From contig NC_058368.1 in assembly GCF_018350175.1 (NCBI RefSeq), forward strand, positions 179,306,001 to 179,370,000: DNA of 64,000 nucleotides. The letters run 5' to 3'. The stretch's first letter is position 1, and each line of letters opens with the position of its first letter. Shown here piece after piece: positions 1-14,144 of this stretch. The DNA is from Felis catus (Eukaryota). The notes below the pieces were generated by a model. That model had not been told where the DNA came from, searched no databases, and was given only the letters and a program-made list of their open reading frames with translations. The position numbers were made by a program, and so were the translations under genes.

Positions 1-46
1 GCATCTTTACTTGGTTGTCTTCTTACTTTATTTTCTGAAGTATATA

Positions 47-3000
47 CAGTTGACCCTTGAACAATGCAGGGGTTAGGGATGCTGACCCCTACAGAGTTGA
101 AAATCCATATATCACCTCGACCCCCCCCAAAACTTAACTACCAATAGCCTACTGTTGACCAGAAGCCTTACCAATGACATAAACAGTCGATTAACATATA
201 TTTTGTATGTTATATTTATTATATATGGTATTCTTACAATAAAGTAAGCTAGAGAAAAGAAAACATTATTAAAAAAGTCATAAGGTAGAGAAAATAAATT
301 TACGGTACTCTATTTATTGATAGTTTAAATTTACAAGATGGATTGTCTGTCAGTATCTATTTCAATATTGTCTTGTATGATACAAAACACTATAGATGTT
401 CTGTGTATTAGTAACCCTGGACATCAAAACTGGAAAAGCAATGTGAAAAATGTTTATTTATAGGTATGGTAATTCATGCATTGATAATAAAGAAGCAGCA
501 ATATGATTGCTTTATGGTAGCCTAGTGTAATCAATATGATCACTTAAGGGTAGCCTAATCTACATACCAATGAATGAATAGTTATAAAAATTCTATTGCA
601 TAGAGTATTATAGTCATATTCATAATACTGTATTGGAAACATTGCTAACATTTTCTAACAACACACTTACCTGTAATGATGCACAGTTTCTCTAATTAGG
701 GAGAGAGAGAGAGAGCAGGCATACTGTATAGTAATATAATTATTGGAAAGAAAAGTTATAAAACAGTAAGAAAACAAAAATCATTAATCTTATATTAAAT
801 GTCACTCACCTTACGCCTATGTAAGGATAGACTATCCATTTCCATACAAGTCTTGCACACAATGTTTTACATGATACTTAGGCGGTGATGATGACACAAA
901 ACGTCTCTTACAGTTCTTGCCATACAGTTGTTAGTTTTTCACATGAAGACACACACAGGGATACACAACAGGTACATTTATTAACTGCATGGTGTGACGA
1001 TTACCTACTATTCACTAAATGAAAGTGGATCATCATAAAGGTCTTCATCCTTGTCATTTTCACATCGAATAGGCTGAGGGGACAGAGGAAGAGGAGGGGT
1101 TGGTCTTGCTGTGTCTGTGGTGGCAGAGGTGGAAAAGGTGGAAGAAGTGCAAGGGGAGGCAGAAGCAGAAGGCACACTGGCTATAACTTTACAGAAATAC
1201 ATTGTAATTTCTGACTTTTTGCTTTATCATTTCTCTAAAAATATTTCTATATAGTGCCAATTCTTCCGCCATTTGCTTTAGTTTCAGTGCCTGTTTCATA
1301 GAAAGGTCTATGTTGTAAAAGAAGTCAAAAGCAGTCTTAAATAATCAGAATCCTTCTGCCGGATTGTCTAATGTCAATTTGTTTTCTGGCACTGCTTCTG
1401 CTTCTTTTCCTCATTGTCTGGCACTGGTTTAGAAGCACTCATCTCCATCAAATTGTCTTCTGTTCATTCCTTTGGTGTGGTGTCTGTTAGCTCTTGAATT
1501 TCTCCAAGATCCATGTCTTGAAACCCTTCACCTCCCACCTTTTTTGTCATATCCACAATCTCTTTCATGATTTCCTTGATTGACTCTGTTGTGAATGCTG
1601 TGAAGTCATGCACAACATCTGGACACAGTATTCTCTAGCAGGAATTTATTGTTTCAGGCTTTAATGGCTTTCACAGCTTTTTATGTAACAAGGATAGCAT
1701 CTCTAATGGTGTAATCCTTCCAGATTTTCATGATATTCTCTCTATCGGGGTTCTCTTCCATAGTTTGACATTTCTTTCCATGAGGTACCATGTGTAAACA
1801 GCTTTAAAGGTGCTTATGATAACCTGATCTATAGGCTGAATTAGAGAATTTGTGTTTGGGGGCAAATAGAACACTTAATTGCTTTCAATGTTGAAGCCAT
1901 GGAGTTCTGAGTGGCCAGGAACACTGTCCAATATAAAAAGAACTTAAAAAGCAGTCCCTTACTGGCAAAGTACTTCCTGACTTCAGGGAAAAAGCATTCA
2001 TAGAACCAATCCAGAAAAAAAGGGTTCTCATCGTCCAGGCCTTCTTGTTGTACGATCAAAGACTAGCAGCTTATGTTTATCTTTTCCCTTCAAGTCTTGG
2101 GGGTTAACCACTTTATAGATAAGGGTAGATAAGGATAGTCCTGATCATAAAACCAACTGAATTTGCACAAAACAGTAGAATTAATTTATCCCTTCTTGCA
2201 TTAGATAATGGTGCTCACTTCTTTCCCTTAGTATTAAATTTCCTTTGTGGCATTTTGTCCAGAATAGGACACCTTTATCTGCATTAAAAACCTGATGCAC
2301 ATGTCCTTTTTCCTCAATGATTTTCTCATGGCATTTCATCTGGGAACTCATCTGCTGACTCTCGATTGGCAGAAGGTGCTTCTTTTGTTATGTTGACATT
2401 TTTTAAGCCAAACCTCTTTGCAAAATTATCAAACCATCCTTTGTTGACATCATATTCTCCAACTTCAGACCCTTTACTTTTTTTTTTTGCTTACAGTTGT
2501 CATATAATGATTTTGCTATTTCTCAAATCATATCAGAGTCTGTAGGTATGTCTTTCTTATAATAATCCTGCACTCATGTAAAAGTTGCATTTTCAATACA
2601 AGATAAAAAAGGTATTTCACAAAAAGTGCAAGGTTTTTGCACCTGCACGTGTGGCCACAGTGACAGCTTTACACATTTCCTTTTCTTTTTTTACTATGTC
2701 CTTACACTGGATTCATTTATCTTGAAATGGCAGGCAACCACAGCTACAGACCTCAATCTATGCTACATATCAAGCAATTCATCTTTTTCTTGTAATGTCA
2801 TGACTTTTCTCTACTTCTTGAGAGCACTTCCAGCATCACTAATGGCACTTCATATGGGTCCCGTGGTGTTATTCAAAGCTTATGGTATTGCGGTCAACAT
2901 GGTGAAAAATATGCAAGACCTATGAGAAATCACTTTTTACTGCAATACACAATTTACCAGAGAGATGAACTGCTCGTCCAGAGATGATTAGTATCATATA

Positions 3001-3447
3001 GCGTTTTAAGCCGATAATCCTAGCACTTGAGCTCACCACTATGCAATTATTACAGTTTTGTAGTGTGTGCTACAATTAATTTTATGCAGTTATGATTTAG
3101 TACTGCATCTTTACGTTTGTTTACATTTCTCTGGATTGCAAGTGGTTCCATGTACAATCTGTAAGTGTGTGTGTAAGTTTTGATAAATTTTAACTTTTGG
3201 TAATAGATTTGTATATACATTTTATGGTAGCAAGTGATAAAATAGATTAGCACCTACATATAATTTATGTATTCATGACAAGCCTAACTTTTTCATAATT
3301 TTTCAATTATTTCTAGAGCACACGATTCATCTTCAAGTTGTTTCAAATTGTCACAAATATAAAAAAAATGTCCAATATATTTATTGAAAAAGTCCACGTG
3401 TAAGTAGACCTGTGCAGTTCAAACCTGTGTTGTTCTGGGGTCAACTG
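47..3447 (-). mobile_element. Full-length Tigger2-family (pogo/TcMar) DNA transposon, ~3.4 kb long form (Tigger2f-like)
   Basis: TIRs CAGTTGACCCTTGAACAA (47-64) and TTGTTCTGGGGTCAACTG (3430-3447), flanked by TA on both sides (45-46, 3448-3449). The minus-strand 5' end CAGTTGACCCCAGAACAACACAGGTTTGAACTGCACAGGTCTACTTA resembles the Tigger2 end. Internal transposase remnants are present. Confidence 0.9.
1008..2864 (-). pseudogene. Decayed Tigger/pogo transposase (HTH_psq/CENP-B HTH plus DDE_1)
   Basis: Minus-strand translation from 2864 reads (ACG)GPI*SAISDAGSALKK*RKVMTLQEKDELLDM*HRLRSVAVVACHFKINESSVR (psq-type HTH). A DDE_1-type segment FLDWFYECFFPEVRKYFASKGL lies in ORF 1841-2059, and an acidic C-terminus ENDKDEDLYDDPLSFSE* ends at 1008. 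Multiple stops and frameshifts. Confidence 0.88.
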
Positions 3448-3809
3448 TATTTTTAAAAGTATTTAACTAAAACAGAAATCTATGTTTGTAAAAAAGCTCA
3501 AATGCAAAAATATAAAGAGGAAGAAAGTGATCTTCTCTCAGTTCCTCTCTCCATTCAGTCCAGTTCATTTTCTAGAGATAATCGTTGCTATTGACTCGTT
3601 CTTCCATACTTTCTTCTCCATTTATATGCATACATATGTATTTTGCCTATATACACTTAAATAATTAATAGAATCATCCTTTATTTATTGTTTTGCAACC
3701 TTTTTTCATCTCACGGTATATTTTGCAGAGTTTTCTATGGCAGGAGCTACAGCTAGATTCTGTTTTTAAATGCTGCATAATTGTGTGTTCAAAATAAGAA
3801 ACATGCTAA

Positions 3810-4045
3810 CATACTAAGTACCTGCTATGTGCCAGATAATATTCTGGCTGTTTAGAATGGTATCACATTTATTTCTCACAATAGCCCTATAAACAAGGAA
3901 ATCTTGTCTTCTTTTCTTACCACTGGGGAATACTGAGTCACTGAAAAGTTAAGCAATTTGGCCAAGGTCATATTGCTGGTAAACAGTGGAGCTGAGATAT
4001 GAACCCAAGCATTTTGGTGCTGAAGACTTTATTCCATTACACTCT
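3810..4045 (-). mobile_element. MIR SINE
   Basis: Antisense MIR core ...ACTGAGTCACTGAAAAGTTAAGCAATTTGGCCAAGGTCATATTGCTGGTAAACAGTGGAGCTGAGATATGAACCCAAG, embedded in old L1M-like 3'UTR fragments. Confidence 0.75.
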
Positions 4046-7000
4046 GCTCCTAGTATAAATATATCAAATTTTGTTTAGCACTCCCCTATTCCTGGGCATT
4101 TAGATTTTTCCAATTTTAGAATATTGTAAGTGATGTTGAGTTGAAAAAATCCTCATTTATATGTCTTTTGTGCATGTACAAATATTTCTTTAGGATAGAG
4201 CCTTAAAAAATGTACTCTCTGGGTAAAAAGCCATGCACACATTAAAGTGTGATAGTTTAGATAAAAGGAGGCCCATTGCATTTGGTTAATTATTGGTCAT
4301 GACCAAGATCAAATTCAGGGCAAGTTATGACAGGTACATCTATGACAGGAGTTGAGAAATGTCTGGGTTCTCAAGCCTGGTTTATCCTTTTATACTGTGA
4401 TTTCATCCTTTGATTCATGGACCCTCCAAAACTCCTGCAATCTGTCTCTCAGGAGAAATTGCCTAGTCCACATGTTGCTCTGCCCCAAATTATTGTTTAT
4501 TTCATTTGCATTTGGCTTGTCTCATAATGATGCAATTAGCATGCAGAGGAGGTCTAATTGCCCAGGGGATTGTGAGTGGGGACCAGAGTTCCATTTCATT
4601 GGGACCTCCTCAGGTCTTTTTGGTTGGTTGGACTCTAACAGTGCTCTTGGTTATGCTTATTCTTGTGGTCACAGGAATATAAACATCTTTTCTGCATTTC
4701 TTTGTTTATAAAAGGTCTCATCAGCCTATTCTTTTTCTTTAAGTTTTCTAATTTAACTCTTTACTTCTACTTATCTTGCTACCTTTCTCTTCTCCACTAT
4801 AACATATTCACTTTCTGAACAATTTGGAACACACAACATAGATATCGTTGCACACTTATGTTAAGTGTCTTATTTAGATGGGTGCCTTAACTGAGTCTAG
4901 AAACTGGAATTTCCAAATGGTCAAATATCTTTGCCTTGATTTACTGAAAATGCAAACAAGGGTTCACATTTGAGTGCCCTGACCATAGAGTAAGCAGATG
5001 ATATGATACAGAGAGTATGAAATCATATTTAACATAAACCTTTATTTTCTGGGAACTACATGAGCGTTCCCCACTTGAATAAGCAAAAAAGGACATTTTT
5101 ATAGGGGTCTGATTCTGTGAAAATTTTTAGAGAAGGCAGAATTTTAGAGATGACAGAATTGTTAGAGAATACAGAGAAGGCTGTGCTTGGTGGTGGAATG
5201 GTATTTGCTTTTCTGACAAATATTCTCTTTCTGCTTATACTTTAAAATAATCTATGTTCCACCAGGACTTTAATAAATATTTGTTATTGTATTTTGTTTC
5301 TTGTATCTTGGGTAAACTGATGGTAGAAAACCTAAATCAGGTGTTTAAGAGAAGTTCAGTTATAACCTCCCTTCATTTTTATATATACCATACAACTCCC
5401 TCTGTCAAATACATTTTTTTTTAAATTTGAAGTCTCCATTGCCTGTTTAAGTAATGGTATTTCTCACCTCTGTAAAGATAAAAATTAATATGAAAGTCTT
5501 ATCACTGAATTAAAGTCAATTCCTGAAAGATGACTTCAGTCTCCTTCCAGATTCTTTTGAGTCTCTTGCTTGAAACCCTTCCCCACCCATCCTAACTCCC
5601 CAGCCTGGGGGGCCAGAAGGACAGGTCTTTTCCACTGAGAGTATGCCAGTAAGCTGCACAGTAAATTGAGCCACAGTCAGAAGCAAACTATCAGTGGAGA
5701 TAGAACTAAACAGAATCAAGTGGTCTCCTGAAAATACTGTCTTTTGCTAACACCAGTTACACTATGTAACACCTTTACATAGAGTAAGCCTCAAAAGCAT
5801 TTTGAGTTCTGGAGCATTTCCCAGATTTACTCCATCTTGTTTGGTCTCCTTTTTGAAAGGAGAATGCCCAAAGTTAAGACACAGAGGCAGACTTGCTATG
5901 GACAATAAACTAGAGGGAGTAAGTGAATGTTCTTGCATTTGTTGATTAGATTTGAGGCACATTGTCTGTTTCTTATTAAAAGCTAATGTCCTAGAGAAAA
6001 GCATTTTTGGAAAAACCGCACTAGAGGAAATACTAATCAAGAACTTTCTATCTTCATTGAAATATCTACCATATTCTCTCTTGGCCAACCAGCCATTGTT
6101 AGGCCAGATTAATTGAAAAAAGCTAGATGCACATCACCTACTTAAGTTTCAGACATTGCCCTTTACTCTGATAATTAGGATATTATCATTGAGGCTGGAC
6201 TTCAAAACTATTTCCATTTGATTGCTGAGAGCTCCTGTTTTCCACAGGAATGAGAAAGTGTCCTGGTAAAAGGTAAGATTACCATTATCATCATCCTCAT
6301 TGTCATCACGACCATGCATTCTCAACTGAGGAAAGAACATTTTGAGGTTGTAGGTATTTATGAATTTTCATAGCTCTGCCTTGAAGTTTCCATATATATA
6401 TTTTTAAAAAGAGATGGACATTTGTGTAGAAAAGGCTAACTCTACTCATCCTTTTGATGTGATAGGCAAGCACTTTGTAGGAACTGCTTCCTTTCAGACT
6501 CCATTGTCAGAAAAATATCATATCCTACTTTTTTGTGGGATATGGTTACATGGAAAGAAGCCACAAGTCTCTTACCGTACATTGACATCATGAGCTATAC
6601 TAATCGTATTCATGACTCACTATTAGTATCCTGCTCCCAAATCAAGCTGAATAAAAGAGGTGTCTGAATAATTCTAACTACAGCTACCACTGAGATTTCC
6701 TTTTAACTCACTTCTGTATATTTATGAATTAATACATGTTTTTGCTGGGTTGCCTCTGGAAAATATTATTAAATAGAGAAGGAGCTTGTCTGGGCTGAAT
6801 TCCTTCAGCCTGAATTCCCTGAACCCTTTGAATATGAAAACATATTCAAGTCCTTGTAAATCCTGAGTTGGTAGTATTTTTCAGCCTAAGATCCATGTAA
6901 ACAAAGATGAGAAGATTTCTATTCCTAGTTCATTTAAGTGTGAGATTTTATGATGAAGTTATTTGTTCCTTTGACTATTCTATTAAAAGAAAGAAGAGAA

Positions 7001-8194
7001 TTCCAAACACATAAAGAGTTTCTATGTTTGTTTTTTTTTTCTTGAGGTATTGTCTATACTAGAATGAGATTGACTTCCCAAACCACACATAAAAATCACC
7101 TTCAACTTCCTGCATTGTGTCATTGAGAATGAAGCACCATCCTAAACTTGAGGTTCTTTGGTTGCTGCCCTGACTTTTTGCTGATCTCAGGCTCCTTAGC
7201 CTCAGCTTCTGGCTCAGACTTCTCCTTGAGAAGCCTGGTCCCCTGAGACCATGTTTAAAGAGCCTACCCAATTCTAGATGTTGCCTCTATCTGGAACCTT
7301 GTGCCAGACTAGACAACTTTAGGTATTAGTTCAAACCTGGATCTAGGCTGAGTTTTCCATACTCTGTTTTGATCCTGAATACTGAACTTCTGGTCTTGGG
7401 AGTCAGGTCTAGAACTGGTTAATGACTACTACTCCCAGCCCTACCTAACCCCAGTTTCTTTCTCTGCCCATCAGTTTGTGTCTTTGGCAGACATCACCAA
7501 AATTATGACAGGCGTAAACTCAATAGTAGAAAAAATGCAAATGAACTTGGATATGAGATTTCAAACGGTTAATAGGCAAATGCACTTAAGCAATCTCTCA
7601 AAATAAAGCTAACAGTTTTAAGTTTCATCTTTTGTTTAGGGTTTTATATATTATGCCCCTTCCTATTTATATTAATAATTGAGAACTGATTAGATTTCTA
7701 GAGGCATTACAATAAGTGATTAAGTTATAAGCCACCGGATGTCACTCTTAAGCTATACAAGTACGGCTGCAATAGAGATTTTTGATAGCAAATTGGCAGT
7801 GGATAGTTAGGAGATAGAGCCAGGGATAGAAACCATTTGAACTGTTTGGGTAGGTACATTTACAATGTCAGTGAACTATGGCAGAGTTTGCCCTTAGGTT
7901 CTTATATATTTTCTTTAGTTTTGTTTCTCAATGGCAGTTAAACTGGGTTAATAATCAGAGAAAATTCCCTCAGCACCCAAAAGCCAAAAAGACATTCATT
8001 TATCCATTCAATATGTACATTAATCACATGCTATAAGCAGGATATTGGGCTAATGAACTATGGGATTCCAAGAAAAAGTGAATTGGCATCATGAATACAT
8101 TTAACTTACAGGGATTCAACTATGGTAAAAGAAAATGAAGGAAAATTCTGCTTTTTATTCCACTCAGTGAGTTTATGCCTGATAGTAATTTTAC

Positions 8195-8824
8195 CTACCC
8201 TGTCTCAGCCTCAAGCTCAGGCTTTTTACACTCCACTCTGTGACACTGGAGCTGGGACCATGCAAACTACATTTCCCAGGCTTCTTTGCTGGCTAGCTTT
8301 TGGTTAGGTTATACTGCCTGGAGGCATGGTAGGACAGCAGAAGGAGTATTTCTGTTTTTGGTTCTAGCTAGCTTCCTTCTAGCAGTAGCACTCAAGTAGG
8401 GCTCCAGACTTCAACTTATTCCAGCATTTCAAGCACCAGTTCTCTTGTGGCCCCTGCAGAGCACCAGTAGCAACTGTGCCACTCTTCCTTTTAGAGCTGT
8501 CTATCAGAGTCCACATAGCAATCACATGATGTCCCCCTCAGAGGTCCTAGAACCAGCTAAGCTGTGACACCTTGGGGGTCTGACCATCTGCTCTGTAGAG
8601 ACACTTCCCCCAAGATCCCAAGTTTTGCTAATAGCATTTATTCTCTTTCACTCTCCCAGCCCAAAGAATGGTAGCTGTTTCCTGAGCTACTAATACCAGG
8701 GTGGCCTTAGCAACTGGTTTTGCTCTTTCAGCTTTCTAAATGCTGTATAACTGACCCCCTGTATTAAATCACCTTGTGAAACATCGTGTATGGTTTCTGT
8801 TTACTTAATGGGATTCTGACTACA
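8195..8824 (+). mobile_element. ERVL solo LTR (LTR33/LTR41-like)
   Basis: Diverged LTR with ATTAAA signal and terminal GGTTTCTGTTT...CTGACTACA; visibly related to 19960-20542. Confidence 0.55.
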
Positions 8825-11800
8825 TTGAGCAAGAGATGAGAGACATGAATGTTCTCTGTCCTCATTCAGTATTGGATCCTTGTGTGTTTCTTGTGGTTGA
8901 GACATCTTATAACACTGAATGAGATTCTAGTGTTTATATTTTAGTTATATTTTTCAAATACTGTGGGACTTAATCACAAGTCTACTAAAAACATTAGAAT
9001 GTAAGGCATCATCCAAATCAAGGATGTAATGATACACTAGCCTGTTCCAACACAAAAGGAAACCTGATGTTGAACTTAACAAAACATGGCTTCAAAGTTG
9101 CCCCTTTCTAAGAGCTTCCACGGGTTTGATCATATAAGATTTTTGCCTTTCAAGTTGATTTTAGAAACTGAACTTCTCACAGTACACATCTCCATAGTAC
9201 AATCTTACAAAGTTGAATAGGACAATAGTTCTTGTCTTCAGGAGCTTTCAATCTGGTAGAAGAAATAAACAAACAGGAAGAAAATACATGGCAACGTTTG
9301 ATAGAAACAACATTATAAGGATAGACCCAGTTGTCACGTTAGTGGTCAGACTTCATGAAATAAGGTTGGAGAGTGGAAGGAAAACAGGGAACATGATGCA
9401 TAGATTCTGCTAGAAATTTTAGTCACTCCCTTGCTTAGAACAAGAAGTTATTATTATTATTATTAACATTATTATTATTAATTATCCCGTTTAGAACAAG
9501 AAATTATTACTTAATATTATTTCAATTTTAAAGACCTATTTGGAAGAAGATGCTTGCCTAGTCATGGATTTTGCTTAGTGTATAAATTTCTTTTTATATA
9601 TTTCAGTGCCATTTTATTTTATTTTTTTTTTCAGTGACAGTGGAGAACATCTTATTCCTTCCTCAATGTCTCTCAATAATACACTCTTTAGAGGTTTACT
9701 AGACCAGTGTTGATTCTTCATTTTATATTGTCAGAGTTTCTTTTTCAATTTGTCTCATTTCCCCCCTAGAAAACACATGATTATATTTACTAGCTCTAAT
9801 TTTTATCAGCCTCCATCCTTCTTTATGTCTCACTTCTGTAGATGATGAAGTAATCATTGTTCTTTCAGCACAGAACTCCAGGTTTAGAAAGACAAGGAAA
9901 GAAATCTTCCATTTCTAGTGCTGGGACCATCACTCCATGGGCACTTTTGAACTTCAGCCTGTGCCATCCTCATACCAGGTCATTTATCTTTGAAGGTGGT
10001 GACATACTAGGGTGAGAGATGACCTAATGATGAGGGATGCCTTCAGAAGTGATCATTTGAAGAAGTGGTTTCTGAAGAATAAGGAGGGCATGTGGGAGGG
10101 GGGTTAGCAGTTAATTTTTTTCTTAACTTCTAATCTTAACTGTTAAATCTTTCAGGACTCAACACTCTTTCAAAATATATTTGCCTATAATTCTTCAGGG
10201 ATTCCTTTAAAGGAGAAGAGTAAGAGGGAAAGATAGAGGTTCAAAGCTGAAGAGAAAATTTTTGTCGCTTAAATAGAGTTTGTCTTGCCAAATGACTTAG
10301 TTTGAGGGGTTTTCTTCTTGTTTTGAACACTGATGAGAGTGTAGAAAAATGTTTTTTTCCTGAAAATGCCCCTCCTATTACTTCAGAACACACTCTGTGC
10401 ATAATTCTGTACATTTATCTCTTTTTATTATGGCAGCTCATTCTAGACGAATGTGACAGCCTGAGAGGCACTAATACAATGGAAGTAATAAACTTATTTA
10501 AAATAGGGTGTGCTCTACCCTAAAACAAAATATCTATGTAACTATAGCTTGCTGAGTAAAACTTTTTACAAATGAAGGATCTAATGAGATACTGGTATGT
10601 TTTGAATATTGATCCATGTGATTGTTAGAAGAACTTGGCTGCCTTACAGCATTACGTTATGGACACACTTCAGTGTGGGGTAATACAATTCATGTACACC
10701 TTAATGGGAACCTCCTGGCTCTGACTCACAGCAAGAAAGGAAGCCAAACACTCCAGTCTGTAGTACTTGTTCTGTTCAAGTTCCTGGATTTAAATCTGGA
10801 GTCATATTTACTTTACATTTATTTTCTAAAGTGAATGATATCATGGTGGCCAGGATTCCAGGTATGGAACACTAATAGTTAGGAGATGCTTCATCTTTCA
10901 AAAAACAAATGTCAAAGATTTTCATAAGAAAAGCCAAAAGAGACTATTTTAAAACAGAAAAGACGTAGGCAAGAACCCATAGAGAAAAAGCCAATGGAGT
11001 AATTCAATTCTATTTAGAAGTCATCTAACTAGGATATGTGAAGAAGAATGTTAGTTTCTAAAACAGGAAAAAAATAATTAGGTGCCTGTAGCACCTGACC
11101 ATAAGAGTGTATAAAGGAATTTAAAACTTGCAGCCAATTAATTAAATAACAGTGTCAAACCAGCATTGGGTATCATTTGAGCTAGTCTGGTTGATTGCCT
11201 AGTCATTTTGCTATTTCATAAAGTAAAACTGGGAATAAGTTTAATGTTAGACCTGTGTAATGTGATTAAATTGCTTTGGGACAACTAAATTAATGTGTTT
11301 TACTCTCTCCACAACTGATTGTGTTAAAGGTAACTTGATCCCCAGTGATGCAGCAAAATTTTTGTTTTTGAGATAGGCCTCCATGGCTGGTTCAACTATG
11401 GTTATTTTAGTTGTGAAAACACAGTCTCAATCTCCGTGACCCAAGCCATACAGGTGGTTAGGGCAATTTTCCAAGTACTCTAATTCAGAGAAAACATTGG
11501 CTCTTCTGGAAATTACCTGGGTCATTTGACATATGTTTTGCTTGAACTTATTCAAGAATTTTTCCAATCCTTTACTTTGCTTTTGCCAAAGAGACACAAC
11601 CCTATCTTGTCTGGACATAGAATATAAGCTAGAAATGGAGAATTTTCCTTGCTATAGGGCTTCAATAGGATTTTTCTGACTTGGCAGGTGCAGTCTCATC
11701 TAAAATTAGGAAAAGGTTGTCTACGTCATTGTGGCACTGGAAGTATCTGGAGTGAAATGATAGAGATCTGTAGCTGTTCAAGATCAGGAACTATAAGGCC

Positions 11801-14144
11801 ACAATACTTAGCTTTGCAATCAGACTTACAAATAATAGGATATTCCACACCAGTGGTTTTCAAAAGTTATTACTAATAATTCTATCTAATAATCAGTATT
11901 CCATTATCTTAGAAAAAGCCAGTATTCTAAAGAAGGAGATTTATGTGATTATAGTAGGAAATACAAACTTACAAGTTGGGACAAAATGACAAAATTAAAT
12001 ACCTAAATATAAGTAATATGGAGTGCTGAAGACTATGACAAATTGGAACATTCATGCCCCATCGAAAGGTGGCTGCCATTCATTACTCAGATGAGCCAGT
12101 GGATAGTAGGTGCAAATATGGAGCCAGTCTTGCCAGTCCTTCCATTTTTTAATAAAAGTCATAAACCTTGATCTTTATATGAAATTTCCCAACATTTAGA
12201 TGGTGGCAACCTCTTGGGGTTTGTGGAAGCCAATTTATAACACCCTCTCCCTTCTTCTCTTGAGTTCATTAGCAGTTGAGAAATGACACAGGAGTAAGAC
12301 AGATGGAAATCAAGATGTCAGCATTATTACTGATAAAGCTGATTGAAGAACAAGGCTGATATCTGTAGCCAAATGTATTTTCTAATTACCTCTTTCCTCA
12401 GAAGAAACCTTAGGTATGCAGAACTGAGGGCTCATAGTGTTCTCAGATTGTTAATAGAATAACTTTACCCAATTAAGAAATGAGGAGTAATGAATGTCAG
12501 ATATAGCCTCCTGTATCTCTTCCATCAGGGGGAGAGATCAGAGGGTTCCTAGAAAGGAAGTCCCCCAACACACACTATCACATACACATGAAAATATTAG
12601 GTATAAGGCCAGGGTAATTGTAGAAGTTTCACCATAGCGAGAACTAGTTCATTTTTAAAAATGCTGTGCAAGGCAAATACAACTGGACTCAGCCCACGGA
12701 TAACCAAGTATAACCTCTGGTTTATACTTATACCATTTTTTGGTCAGTTAATGGCAATTTTATGACTAAAAAAATTCAGTAATATTATAAGCATAAATAC
12801 TAAAAGTAATATTTACTTTTATGAGAAATTCAATATATTAGGATACTTTTTGATAATTTTATACAATAATTGTTGTGTCTTTTTTTCATTGGCTAAGTTT
12901 TCCCAACAATGTTTGTCTGGATATAGATTTTAGTTGATGTCCAACTCTATACTCTTTACTTGTTTATCTGACCCCATAAAGCCAGTGTTCAAAGTTCATG
13001 GCCCCAGTTATGATTTCACATTTCTCTCCCACTTACACTTTAGTTTCATATCTGCTAAGACTCACCTTCTGATTTTGTCCTTGCCTCACCCTTCTTTTTA
13101 AACATTTGAAGTTGTTTTCTTGGTGACTGTTTTAACTGCTCCGTGATTCTGGTTTCTCCTCCCCCATCCATTTCTAGCCATGCTCCCTTGAGGTGCTTTG
13201 AGTAAACACTCTACTAGATTCAACAACAGAGACCCCCAAACACTGCATGGTTCTCCTCTTACACTTGCTCCAGACACTTCAACAGGAAATGGCATTCATA
13301 GGTTTTCCAATCTTGGTGGTTCTGGAAATGTTTATTAAATCATTTTGCAATGAGTGAACCATTGGCCAGGGCAATGATATTTGTCATAACAGGATCAGTT
13401 CTGTTGTAATGGCCTGGCATTTTAAATGGGTTTCTTATTCAACAGAGGGAGAAAACAAAGTCGTCTTCAACGGAAATATCTTGATGTTTCCTCCCTAATG
13501 TGACTGAATCTCAAAAAGTGATTTTAAAACCTAGCTTCTATTTTTTATAAAACCCCTGTCTTAGAATCATAATTGACTAAAAATGTCTTTTTAATTTCAT
13601 TGTAGAAGTGGTCCGGGGCATTTTTGATGTGTAGCCCTAATTCACTGTTTGTTTTTTGGTGTGTTTTTGATTATTCAAGAGCTGTTTTTTAGGAAAATGA
13701 CACCCACATTTAAAATGAGGACTCTTTGTTGCATATTAACCCTGGAATTTTCCCATTGGGAGCTTTCTTCTACTAATATTCAAGGGAGGTCTGTCTGGTC
13801 AGAGTGCTTTGAAGGAGGCACTAAACTGGATGCTGGAATCCATGCCTGGTATTGTCCTATTTTGTTCTAAGATGGCCCTGTAAGTGAGATTTACCATCTG
13901 TGTGGGGGTACAGGGGGAAAAAAAAAACTCAGCCCTGTCTTCTCAGCCTTCTAAGCTATGGGCCTTGAACTTCTGCTGTTGCTTCCAGTATGGAAGTTAT
14001 TCTCAACTCAGGCAGGCAGAAGGCCAGAAGACCTGGGTCGACCAGCCATGAGCTATGCAATGAGTTGGCTAGAAGTCATAGGTTCCAACTAGGATGAACC
14101 CTAGGCATATGGCATCCACCAAGACTCAGTAACCAAATGGCTGT

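Noticed and set aside
10950..12720. Possible CR1/L3, MamSINE-like, hAT and LTR remnants
   Set aside because: Too diverged to assign a family or boundaries by eye; needs a Dfam HMM search.
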